This document shows, one piece after another, positions 1-10,876 of a stretch of 64,000 nt of DNA. Position 1 is the stretch's first letter. Each line of letters begins with the position of its first letter. The DNA is from Basidiobolus meristosporus CBS 931.73 (Eukaryota > Fungi > Basidiobolomycota), in the NCBI GenBank assembly GCA_002104905.1, contig MCFE01000099.1, forward strand, positions 62,001 through 126,000. The letters run 5' to 3'. The position numbers and the translations under genes are program-made. The notes beneath the pieces were generated by a model that saw nothing but the letters and a program-made list of their open reading frames with translations, was not told the DNA's origin and ran no database searches.

Positions 1-198
1 TTCTCAAAGCTGTCCAAACAGCCCCAAATTTTGCACACATGCACCTGGGACCTTTCTAAGCATAGTCTTTGTGTTTGGCTTGCCAAGACTATGTAAAAGT
101 GTAAATACTCTTTTTACACTCAATAAATCATTAAGTGAAAACCACATAAACTACTTGTCCTCCCAATCACTTTTGATATCTCCAAAAATCTTACAACA
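1..198 (+). repeat. copia-A 5' LTR (3' part)
   Basis: Ends ...CTTACAACA; aligns with 9136-9332 with many transitions. Confidence 0.92.
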
Positions 199-210
199 TG
201 CTATGAGCCC
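199..210 (+). other. Degenerate primer-binding site, half-tRNA-iMet (copia/Ty5) type
   Basis: TGCTATGAGCCC directly after the LTR, 2 mismatches from GGTTATGAGCCC. Confidence 0.7.
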
Positions 211-235
211 TAAGCTGTCATTCTCTGCAATGTCC

Positions 236-957
236 ACAACTGCTATTACTTGAACTTTTCCCTCTGCTGAAAAGTTGGATGGATCTAATTACCAAGTGTA
301 GAAGGTGAGGATGAAGATGCTGCTACATGATAGAGACCTTTGGGTTGTTGTCATGGGAGAAGAATGCCTACCTAACAATGAGGGAGAGGAGTCCTTAGAG
401 TACCAGAAAAAAGAACAAAGTGCCTTTAACTGTACTTGCCTCAATGTTAAAGATAAATTGCTAGTTCAATGCGCAAGAGCAAAAACAGCAAAGAATGCCT
501 GGAAGGCATTAGCAGACACCTACCAGTCATGTTCAGCGGCTAAGAAAATGTATCTGAGACAATGGTTCCTCCTACAAAGATGCTGCCAGGAGAAGAAATG
601 AAAAATCTAATTAACAGAATTACCCTGCTGGTAGATGAGATGGAATCTGTGGGCATACCAACTACTGATGAGGATGTGATAGTTACCATCCTGAATAGCC
701 TGAAAGACAAGCTTCAGGGCCTTGTATCAGTCCTAGAGTCCAGAACTGAATATTTGACCTTAAATTATGTATATGGAAGGCTCCTGGATGAAGAATTAAG
801 AAAATCAAGCGCATATAAGAAGGAAGAAGAAAATGCTTTAATAAGCAATGATAACCAACAAAGGAGGTACCCAAGACTCTACAAAGGCAACAGCAACCTG
901 TTTTGCAACTAATGGAAAAGGAAAGGACACACATCAGACAGGTGCTTCAAAAAGAAA
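236..957 (+). pseudogene. gag: copia gag (DUF4219/UBN2-like, degenerate CCHC knuckle)
   Basis: EKLDGSNYQV*KVRMKMLLHDRDLW; DEDVIVTILNSL; knuckle CN*WKRKGHTSDRC at 904-945; stops and a frameshift. Confidence 0.9.
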
Positions 958-1288
958 CCCTATGAAAAATTATTGAGATGATCCCGTCAAAAGGCCATCA
1001 CAAAGTTAATTTCCCATGACTGAGAGGTACTGATCTTGTCAGGACACTGTCCAGAGACCGTTGAAAAATAATTGCACCCCAGATTTCACAAAAAACTTTG
1101 TCAAAATTTTTCATCACAACAATGTATAAGTGGCTTTTGATTGGTTCCCTGCCAATTTGCTCACTTTCTGATCCCGGACACTCTATTGCCTCCTATGTTT
1201 GTGTGAATTGATTGGCTATTGCCTCTTTTTCACACTCCTTACTTCCTGACTCAACTGTTTCTCTTACTTTTCATGCGTACATATTGAT

Positions 1289-2530
1289 TTATTTCCGTTG
1301 AAACTTCAGTTGTACCTCAATTGCCAATTGTATTGACCCATACAAGTCTCTATACCCTACACTAACATTAAGCCCAACCCCACACTCAACAAGTAACTCC
1401 ATTAAAATCCACCACTCAGTAAGTATTTCTGCTGTAATGCTTTGGTTCCACAACTTTGGCAGGAACCCAACAGCTTTATGCCACTGTTCATTCACTGGCT
1501 CCCACATGTCCTGGTCTTCAGCCGGCACTGCAAGGTCTAGCTCCTCATCTGCCAGTCTTTGCAATAAATCCTTGCAGTATTCCAGTGTGTTTTCTTGAGC
1601 ACTGCTCTTGAAGAAGTGCTGCAACCTCTTGGTGTGCCTATTAATGTTCCAAAACTCCACTGAAGGCATTGTGATAGTCTTTTGAGCTCTTGACGTTGTA
1701 GCCTTGTCCGTCAGTGGGATCTCCACTCTGTCAACAATGGAGGCTGTGGAGGCTGTGGTAGACAAATTGCCTTTTTCAGCAAACTCATCTACCTTGCTGG
1801 AGTGTAGCTCAACTGGCTGTGCTTCCAACTCTTGTGAAAACACCTGTTTTCTTGTTGGTAATTCTTCTTGGCTATGATGGGATTCAGTCTGTTCCTGGCT
1901 TGCGGCATTAATTGGCAAGAACTGCAGTTTTTTTTGCATGCCTCCCTGTCTCAGGCTTGGGTAGACATTTTTCCCTTTACCTTTTCCTTTATCACTGCCA
2001 GGTCTTTCACTGCTACTTTGTCTGAGTGCTTCTTGTAAAGAACTACATTTTCTTCTGGATAAATTCTGCTCTGACACATCTGTTTTGGCCTGCTTGTTCC
2101 TTGCTGGCACTCTTCTGGCAACCTGACATTTCTTTTCAGCTTGTTTTGAGCTCTCAACCGTAGTTGTGACGGGCTCCTGTAAAAGTGGCTGGTTTTTATC
2201 ACTGCCAGGTCCTTCACTGCTGCTTTGACTAGGTGCTTCTTGAGTGGTACTACGCTTTTTCCTTGATAAATATTGTGCTGGTGCATCCATGTCTGCCTGC
2301 TTGTCCTTAATTGGCACTCTTCCAGCTGCCTGACGTCTCTTTGACGCTTGTCTGGAGCTTTTGGCCCTGCTTGTAACGGGCTCTTGAGGAAGCTGCTGGT
2401 TTTTAGCCATGGCACCCTTGTTCTTCTGCCTTTGATAGTTTCTACTATTCATAAGATACTTTCTTAGCATACCAATGCTGGCCCAAAATCCATTTTCCCG
2501 TTTGAATCCAGGATAATGCTCATGGAACAA
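1289..2530 (-). CDS. CACTA second ORF (unknown function, TnpA-position protein), C-terminal 413 aa open
   Basis: Longest ORF in the window; inside the TIRs and divergent from the transposase; ~69-aa tandem duplication; same frame continues upstream past one TGA at 2633-2635; probable start MPPKNKAK at 3018. Confidence 0.7.
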   Translation of the reverse strand: MFHEHYPGFKRENGFWASIGMLRKYLMNSRNYQRQKNKGAMAKNQQLPQEPVTSRAKSSRQASKRRQAAGRVPIKDKQADMDAPAQYLSRKKRSTTQEAPSQSSSEGPGSDKNQPLLQEPVTTTVESSKQAEKKCQVARRVPARNKQAKTDVSEQNLSRRKCSSLQEALRQSSSERPGSDKGKGKGKNVYPSLRQGGMQKKLQFLPINAASQEQTESHHSQEELPTRKQVFSQELEAQPVELHSSKVDEFAEKGNLSTTASTASIVDRVEIPLTDKATTSRAQKTITMPSVEFWNINRHTKRLQHFFKSSAQENTLEYCKDLLQRLADEELDLAVPAEDQDMWEPVNEQWHKAVGFLPKLWNQSITAEILTEWWILMELLVECGVGLNVSVGYRDLYGSIQLAIEVQLKFQRK

Positions 2531-3240
2531 GTCAAGTGCATTCTGCTTGGCCTTGAGTTCCTGATGGTCCCATGATATGCCGGCCTTAAGGTGATGGCAT
2601 GCTAGACTTCCAACAGCCTCTTGTATATAAACTCACTCTTTATCATTGTACTCAATGGCTTCATGCATCTTCAATATCTTTTGATGTTTAGGCTTTGGTA
2701 CAAACACTACATTTTCTCCCTCTGATGCTGTGATAGGGTTTTTTGTGGGCTTTATCTTTTGGCACTGTTTTGTGCTTCAAAGACTGTATGGTGTTCCTCT
2801 GCTGTTACATTGAGAAATGGCTCAATTCTTGGCTGTGACATTGAGCTACTTGAGTTCCTTCTTTCAGCAAAGATACTGCTTTCTCTACCTGGGATAATGG
2901 TTGCTCTACATATATTATCCACTTTTCCTGTTTCTGGACTATTTCCTGATTTCTCTGGGCCATTGCATCTATCCTTTGACTGATAACCAGACAACTTTGC
3001 TTTATTTTTTGGCGGCATATATATGGGAGTGAATCAAACCAAAGGGGAAATAGTGTTATATATATGTATGTATGTGGTGCCATAGCTTTATTTATAATGC
3101 TTACTATGGCGGGTCATCATTGAATCTTACATTCATGTAGGTGCAATGTCTCAAATACAAGACTGTCTTAAGTTCACATGAGTATTGACCAAAAAGTGAT
3201 ATAATAGCGTTATGTTGTTGAAGGTCAAACTGTTTGCCCC

Positions 3241-5098
3241 ATGGACAAGACTACTTTGACTCAACACCGTAAGAGAAGAGAAAAAAGACCATGTGGCTAT
3301 GGTGGCAAGCCTCTCAGCCATGAAGCACGCAGACAGCATAGGAAGTATTACAAGGATCACAGCCAGTGTTTTGCCACCCAAGTCATATTTGACCATTCAT
3401 TGCTCACTACTGTACCAACATTATCTTGCCGGCCAGTTGATACTTCTATATTGGCACCTGGCTGTCTTTGTCACCTTGCGCAAACTGAGTCAGGTGAGTT
3501 TGTGACGCCTTTAGGCTCACCTCAGCCTTCTGAATATGGCACGCAGAGTGATAGCTTGGACAAAGAAGGCTCACTGATGGATTTTGAGCCTATCTCCCCT
3601 AACAACAGTACCACATATGAACCTGGTCAAATCCCTATATGCAATGAGACAACACCCATTGAAACAAATGCCAAGGATACTTTATGGAGCCAAGTGAGCC
3701 TAGTGATCCATCTACTGGTGAATGATGTAATGTTGTGGCTAGAGAAGTGGCAGATTTCCACTAATATCAGTAATGGGGGCTTTGAGGATTTATTACTACT
3801 TCTTGCCAAAATCATACTGGGATGCAACTTACCATGTACATGGTACAAGTGGACAACCATCATGCAGCTGGCAACATATGATCCAGAGACTGTCCTGATT
3901 CCAGCATGTGTTAACAGTTGCATGGCATTTGCATCCAAAAATGCTACCATTGCAACGTGTCCAAATTGTCAGGAATCCACCACCATTGAGGGAAAACATT
4001 GTTCACACTCTGGATAAATTCCAGTCATACCCCATCTGAGGAAGCTGATGCAGTCCAACAAATATTGCAAAGCTATACAGTACCGCACTCAGTATCAATC
4101 AAGCGCAAACATATCCGATATATTTGATGGCAAACATTACAAACAGCTAAGAAGCAAGGGCTACTTTGAAGGTATGTATGACCATGCCTTTGCTTTAGCA
4201 CTTGATGGATTCTCATTAAACAAGTACTCTACCAGCAAATCCTGCTGGCCACTGATTCTCATCAATCTTAATCTGCCGCCCATCTCACAGTATCATAGCA
4301 ATAGTCTGATGGAGTTGGAAAATACTGAGTACAAATGTGCACATGGAGACACCTATGCCTATGGCATTAAGAAGCTAAGCAGTCCCAATGCGTGGGTAAT
4401 CAGTTAAGTAATGCAAAGTTGGGTTGGGTGCAACAAGCAACTAATTTTTATCAGGAAAACTCCACCAAGATATGCCAGATTTCTCATGGTCACAAGCCAA
4501 CTTCTACACCATGCAATATGGAATTCACACAAACAAAAGCCAGAGCACACCTATAAGGGGGACTAGAATCTAGCAGGGAGAAGGAATATATTGGCAAAAT
4601 ACCAAGAAGTTCTTTGCAGATATTCAGGAGGTATTCATGGCAGAAGTGGCAACAACCAAGCATAGGTTTGCAAGATGTATATTCTACCAGCAGTACAAGG
4701 TATACGGCAACTTTGCAAGTATCACACTAAAAAGCCGTAAAGTTGAGGTTATAGAAGTATGTCAATTGTGGCAGGTGTGTATGTTTGCAGAGGTTAGTAA
4801 GCAGGAGGCCATAGTTTTTTTTATTTGAGCTGTATGTGGAATACCCAAGGTAGTAGTGGGTAAGCAAATAAACAAAGGTTATTCTACAGTGGAATATATG
4901 AATTGCACAAGGGGAGGTAGAAAAAGGAAATACCATTTGGTAAATTGGTACAGTAGCATTATACAGAACCAGTGGCAGGCCGTCATACTGCCAAGAAAAA
5001 GCCATCAGAGTCTTGCTGTGAGGCCGTCAAAATACCGTCAAGTTTCTTGCCATATAAGGCAATCTGAAGTCCTGGCCAACTGTATCAACTTAAAATAG
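3241..5098 (+). pseudogene. CACTA transposase (Transposase_21/Tnp2-like), premature stop and ~1.1-kb deletion near 4315
   Basis: ACVNSCMAF..CPNC, DIFDGKHY, LALDGF, WPLILINLNLPP; the core missing here is present in the copies at 26.5-27.7 kb and 62.9-63.9 kb. Confidence 0.9.
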
Positions 5099-5341
5099 TA
5101 ATAGAGCACTGAAAGACCGCAACAATGCCATGCAAATATTGTCACAGCACCAATCAAAAATTGTCAAGCTTTATCCCTTTATTTAGCTGTAAAATTTGCA
5201 AAACACTGTCATGATCTTGTTATAAGATTGTCAGGAGGGTCACTAATTCCAAGCTGCTGTTATTATGACAGTCTCTAAACGGGATCTTGACGGATGATCT
5301 GGATTGGATCTACCTGCGGGACCAAATTATTTTTCATAGGG

Positions 5342-6327
5342 AAAGATAATCAGCAGAAAAAGCCTGAATATGGTAATGCTGCAACAACTGAAGAAAGACT
5401 ATTCATATCTGCACTAAATATGGCCACAAACAAGGATTCTCAGACATGGTATATTGACTCTGGAGCATCTCAACACTTTACACACCAAAAAGAACCTTTT
5501 ACTCAATATCAAGAAATTCTGATTAAGAAGGTTTTCATGGGTGACAATAGAACACTTGTTGCAGTGGGAGAAGGAACTATCCAAGCAAACCTAAGAAGCA
5601 GTGAAGGAAGCCATACACTGACTTTGAAAGAAGTACTCTCTGTACCAGAAATAGCCAAGAGCCTACTATCTGTAAGCAAGGCCACTGCAAAAGAACTCTG
5701 TTTCAGGTTTGACAATTCTGGATGCATGATCACTGATCAAAATGGTGCCCATATTGCTTCTGGTATCAGAGATCAGAGCCTATACAAGTTGACTTATATT
5801 CCATCATATTTGGAAGCTAATATAAGTAACCTAAATGAAGAAACACCAATGCTTTGGCACAGGAGATTTGGGCACATCAATTTTGATTATGTGTGCAAAA
5901 TGATCAAAGAACAGCTAGTTTCTAGAGTAAAAATTGATCCCCCAGCTAATTTGGAGCACTGTGAAGCCTGCATACATGGGAAGCAAGCCAGACAACTGTT
6001 CAAGAGCTCTGGGCTTATCAAAACTAAGAAAAAATTAGATCTAATTCACTCAGATCTGTGTGGACATATGCAAGATTTATCCTTAGAGGGGATGAAGTAT
6101 TTAATCACCTTTATTGATGAGTATACAAGATACACATGGGTCTACTTCATGGAGAGAAAGAAGGAAGCTCTGTCTAAGCTCAGGGAGCTTAAAGCCAAGG
6201 TGCAGAGAGAAACTGGTGAAAAAATCAAGAAAATACACTCTGAAAATGGTGGAGAATATACCTCAAAACTCTTTATCCACTTCTGCAAAATTCATGGGAT
6301 AAAGCAAGAGACTACTGTACCATACTC
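5342..6327 (+). pseudogene. pol: copia pol: protease, GAG-pre-integrase and integrase core
   Basis: WYIDSGASQHFT; LWHRRFGHIN..CEACIHGKQ; LIHSDLCG; FIDEYTRYTWVYF; ENGGEY. Confidence 0.95.
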
Positions 6328-7557
6328 TGTTGTGTTGTATTATGATTAGTTTGGGGCTTGTTCTACAATGTAGAGGCTAATTAGCAATATACAACAACTT
6401 CCAGTATGCTAATACTGAAATAGTTTATTGGGAGTTTGATATACTAATAGAAGATATAACTTTCACTAATTTCCTCAATCTTAGGCTCAAAATATACTGT
6501 AGGCATTGTTTATCACTTCTACAGCAGTGTTCTGACCTTCTGCTGACTTATGGGCTTATTTACTTTTATAGTAACTTTTCCTTATTTGGGAGTCACTTTC
6601 CTTTCTGAGAAGATATTTCCTTAAATGGAAATTCTGAACTCCCCTTTAACCTAAAGAGGCATGTTGTACAAGTCTCCAAAAGGGTCTTCAGACTTAAAGG
6701 GGTGTCTAAAGGGGTGTCTCTAGAGTAAAGGGGCTTCTTGTAGTGGTCTCTAAAGTGGACTTTACACTAAAGGGGTGCCTAAAGGGGATTCTTTAGAGTA
6801 AGGGAGTTTCTTAGCGGGGTCTCTAAAGGGGTCATTAGACTAAAGGGGTGTCTTTAGAGTAAATGGGTTTCTTAGAGGGGACTTTTCCAACAGAAAAGTG
6901 GTAGTTTTGTGTAGAACTTAGATTGGATTCTTGTGAGCTTTGCAGTCTATTTACTGATGTAGTACCAATCAAAGTCAGAATACTCAACAGTGAAAGTTAA
7001 CAGGGGAAGTCTTATAACCTTTAAACTTGTAATTGTAGTGTGGAGATTCTGGAAAGAGAGGCTCTCCCTTTATTTTCCAGCTGGGAAAGCCATATATATG
7101 AAAATTCTGAAGGATCAATGTTTCTGGGTGATTGCGCAAGCAATACACGTGATACAAAGCTAAAATCATACAGTAGCGCAGATTGGACATAGGCTCAGCA
7201 CCTGTAAGAATTTCACGTGATTTGATTGGCTGGTTCAAAAGTTATACACAATCAAAGTCACCATAGTAATCCTAGCAATAAGGCATATTATATATAATAA
7301 TTGGACTCTTTTGGTCATAGCTCCTTAAGCACTGCTTCCAATGAGCTGTAAATTGAAACATGTGCTGGCTACTACGTTTTCTGTATGACACAATATTCTT
7401 GGGTGGATTGCTGGTCAGGGTCTGGAGCATTTGTCATTCAAGGTTGGAAATTCTTGATCTTTCACTTGTGTGTTAAAGTAGCAAAAAGCAAAATAAAGAA
7501 ATGAGTGCACAGTTGGTTTAGAGATATTGTAGTAACAAAATACTTTCCATTATTACA
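6328..7557. repeat. Solo LTR family E (1230 bp) inserted in copia integrase
   Basis: TG...CA ends; 4-bp TSD ACTC (6324-6327 and 7558-7561); removal restores VPYSPQQNGVAE; inverted homologues at 29938 and 52895. Confidence 0.92.
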
Positions 7558-8970
7558 ACTCCCCACAGCAAAATGGAGTAGCAGAATGTGCTAACAGATC
7601 AATTATTGATATGGAAGATCCATGATCCATGATCAAAAATTATCCTATGATTTATGGGCGGAATCAGTTGCTACTGCTGTATATCTTAAAAACAGGAGTT
7701 ATAACAGAATACTTTGTGATTCTACACCATTTGAAGCACGGTATGGATACAGACCAAGTACAGAACATCTAAGAATATATGGGTGTGCAGTATATGCCAA
7801 GAAACTGCCTGGAAATCATTCAAAATTTGAGCCAACAAGTGTAAGATGCATATTTTTGGGTTACTGCAATAAGAGTAAAGCATACAGACCCTACAATACC
7901 AAAGCAAAGAAGCTAATCAAGTCAAGGGATGTATTGTTTGATGAAAATTCAAAATTTTCACAAAGAATGACATCAGTTGATGACAAAAATCTGTTCCCAG
8001 GTCCACCAATTGTCAGGATTGAACCAAAGCAAAACAATGAAAATTTTTTCACTCCAGAGGACTCTACAACCATGGTTCAGCCAGAATCAGTGCCCAGGAA
8101 TATCCCAGTAGTGATCATTCCAAAATCAAATGCCTGGAGATCCAATCGGACAAGAAATAGCCCATATTACTATGTCAATGAGGGTACAAACTTAGTCTAT
8201 GCCTATTCAGTCCATATTGAGAAACCCCAGACTGTATAAGAGGCCCTTAATAGCCCTCAGACAAAGTTTTGGAGATCTGCCTTTACTGAGGAATATCAGG
8301 CCCTGATGGAAAGTCAAACTTGGGACTTGGTCAAATTACCAATCAACCAAAAATCAATTGGATGCAGATTGGCCTTCAAGACAAGATACAAGGCTGATGG
8401 TACAAGTGAAAGATACAAAGCAAGACTTGTGGCCAAAGGATACTCTCAAACAAAAGGACTTGACTATACTGGACCTTTGCACTGGTAGCTAAGTTTAATT
8501 CCATCAGATTAATATTGGCTATTGCAGCCAAATATAAGTTTTTTATTCATCAACGGGATGAAAAACAGCATTTTTGAATGGAGAACTTGATGAGGACGTG
8601 TATATGAGCCAGCCTGATGGGCTTGCTGACCAAGATAACCCCCATTTGGTCTGCAAGCTTAAAAGTCACTATATGGTCTCAAACAATCACAAAGCACCTG
8701 GAATTGCAAGATAGATTCTTATTTGGAATCTTTGAGTTTTAAAAGGAGTAATGCTGACAATAGTATATACTCTAGGCCAGATAGAGCAAATCCAGTTCTA
8801 TTAGCTCTATATGTGGATGAATTTTCATACATGAAGCTATAGAGAATAACTTAGTTAGCTTGGTGCACTGTCCTACAGATGAGATGATTGCAGACATATT
8901 TACCAAACCATTAGCTAGAGACAAGTTTGAATATCTTAGGTCAAGATTAGGACTAGTCAGTTTTAACATT
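7558..8970 (+). pseudogene. pol: copia integrase C-terminus, RT N-terminus, deletion after YVD, RNaseH end
   Basis: LWAESVATAVYLKNRS; HLRIYGC; KSVRCIFLGYC-like motif; YKARLVAKGYSQ; junction near 8820. Confidence 0.9.
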
Positions 8971-8984
8971 TAGCTGAGTGGGAG

Positions 8985-9332
8985 TGTTGTAAAAATTTGT
9001 AATTCCACCTAAATATTCACCTAACATAGTCACTTAGATCATTACCCTCAAATCCTAGAGAATACTGACCAAATTCCTTGTTGGGATTTACTTAAAATAT
9101 TTTCACCAGAATACCAGGTACCCCAAACATAAAAATTTTCAAAGTTGCTCAAACAGCCCCAAATTTTGCACACATGTTCTTGGGACCCTCCTTAACCTTT
9201 TGTATCTGCTTGTAATGCCAAGACTATGCAATGTACAAATACTACTTTTACATTCAATAAATCATTAAGTGAAAACCACATAATTTACTTGTTCTCCCAA
9301 TCACTTCCAATATCTCCAAGACTCTTACAACA
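8985..9332 (+). repeat. copia-A 3' LTR (348 bp), preceded by PPT 8976-8984
   Basis: TGTTGTAA...CTTACAACA after GAGTGGGAG. Confidence 0.93.
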
Positions 9333-10876
9333 ATAGTATGGGTACATCTGTCTATGGAGTACTTTATCCACAAGTAGTAGCTGAGTTCCCCTAGTTTGAA
9401 CATCATTAACTCCTTAGATAGGCTGGATTTAGACTATTACAATGATTCAAGGATATTGGTGGCTATATTGCAATTATCCACATATAGTGATAATAAAACT
9501 GCACATGCTCTATCTGGCTTATAGTAGACTTGTTCCATTGGATAGTGCCACATTGAGCCATGAGTGCCAAATGATGCAATAGTGTGCCAGAGAGATCAAG
9601 TGAGCCTATACTTGGCCACAGAGTGTGAGACATAGCTCCACATCTTCATGCAAAGCAGCCCCTGTGTTTTACCCATTGTGTTGGAGAAAATCCATTTTTT
9701 GACCTTTTTTTTTGGATCAATGTTGTGCAGGATGTGTTAGAGCACAAGCAGATTGAAGATATGCATCTGGTACTCAATACCCATGGCACTCTGAATCTAG
9801 CTCCTGTAGCTTGTATCATGTCACAAAAGTGAATGGCACTATCTTGGTCCACTGGTACTATCTGGCACTATAAGTGCTTTGTATAGATCTTACTTTAGGG
9901 CTAATATTTAAATATAGTGCCAGATAGTACCAGTGGACCAAGATAGTGCCATTCATTTTTGTGACATGATACAAGCTACAGGAGCTAGATTCAGAGTGCC
10001 ATGGATATTGAGTACCAGATGCATATCTTCAGTTCTCCTGTTCTCTTACACATCCTGAGCTACATTGATCCACAAAAAAAGGTCAAAAAATGGATTTTCT
10101 CCTGCACAATGGGTGAAACACAGGGGCTGCTTTACATGAAGATGCAGAGCTATGTTTCACACTTTGTGGCCAAGTATAGGCCCACTTGAGCTCTCTGGCA
10201 CACTATGGCATCATTTGGCACTCATGGCTCAATGTGGCACTATCCAATGGAACAAGTCTAGTATATACTATAGTCAGTAGTACTCCCATGGAAACTCAAA
10301 GAATCCAAATAGAATCTATCTTGCAGATTCAGGGTCTTGGTGATGGATTGAGACCATAGCAAGATTTCTTGAGCTTGCAAACCAAATGGGGGTTGTTCTG
10401 TACACAAGGCCATTAGGCAAGCCCATATACATGTCCTTGTCAAATATTTTGTTAAAAAGTGCACCTTTTACATCCATTTGATTTATAAAGCTTATATTAG
10501 GCTGAAGTAGCCAATATTAATCAAATGGAAACAAACTAGGCTACTGGTGCAAAGGTCTCTGTATAGTCAAGTCCTTTTGTTTGAGAGTATCCTTTGGCCA
10601 CAAGACTTGCATTGTATATTTCAGCTCTTCCATCAGCCTTGTATATTGTCACAAAGACCCGTCTGCATACAGTTGATCTTTGGCTGATTGGTCACTTGAC
10701 TAAGTCCCAAGTTTGATTTCCATCAAGGCCTGATATTCCTTGGTCATTGTAGGTCTCCAAAGTTTTGTCTGAAGGCTATCTAGGGCCTCTTTTGCAGCAT
10801 GCAGCTCATCATTATGAACTAAAAGGCATAGGCTAAGTTTACACCGTCATGGATATAGTAGCTTGTGCTGTACATG
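9333..10876 (-). mobile_element. copia-A copy 2, RT fragment hosting the foldback element
   Basis: Reverse-complement homology to 8200-8830 and RT motif GELSYYLxIK. Confidence 0.85.
9526..10259. mobile_element. Foldback MITE-like derivative of the PHIS (Pangu-like) family
   Basis: 347-bp inverted arms (9526-9872 and 9913-10259), 40-bp spacer; ends AGACTTGTTCC; TSD AGT (9523-9525 and 10260-10262). Confidence 0.93.

Larger units (their letters stand above)
958..5341 (+). mobile_element. CACTA/CMC DNA transposon copy 1, internally deleted, both ends intact
   Basis: 13-bp perfect TIR CCCTATGAAAAAT (958-970 and 5329-5341); 3-bp TSD AAA (955-957 and 5342-5344); removing it restores the copia frame CFKKKDNQQKKPEYG. 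Confidence 0.93.
1..9332 (+). mobile_element. Ty1/copia LTR retrotransposon copia-A copy 1 (5' LTR cut by window edge), carrying two nested insertions and an RT/RNaseH deletion
   Basis: LTR 1-198 matches LTR 8985-9332; PBS follows the 5' LTR; gag, protease DSGASQH, integrase, start of RT and end of RNaseH occur in copia order; PPT GAGTGGGAG precedes the 3' LTR. Confidence 0.95.

Noticed and set aside
1951-2415. Overlapping 154-aa ORF and the many 60-120-aa ORFs in the track as host genes
   Set aside because: They are alternate-frame or antisense products of transposon sequence with no independent support
978-5299. Apparent element with CCGTCAA inverted ends and a 6-bp ATGATC TSD
   Set aside because: It lies inside the longer perfect TIR (958 and 5341) whose AAA TSD restores the host reading frame, so these are subterminal repeats
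6660-6885. CRISPR-like or satellite array
   Set aside because: Units are short, irregular and lack unique spacers; the array is internal to a dispersed LTR with TSDs
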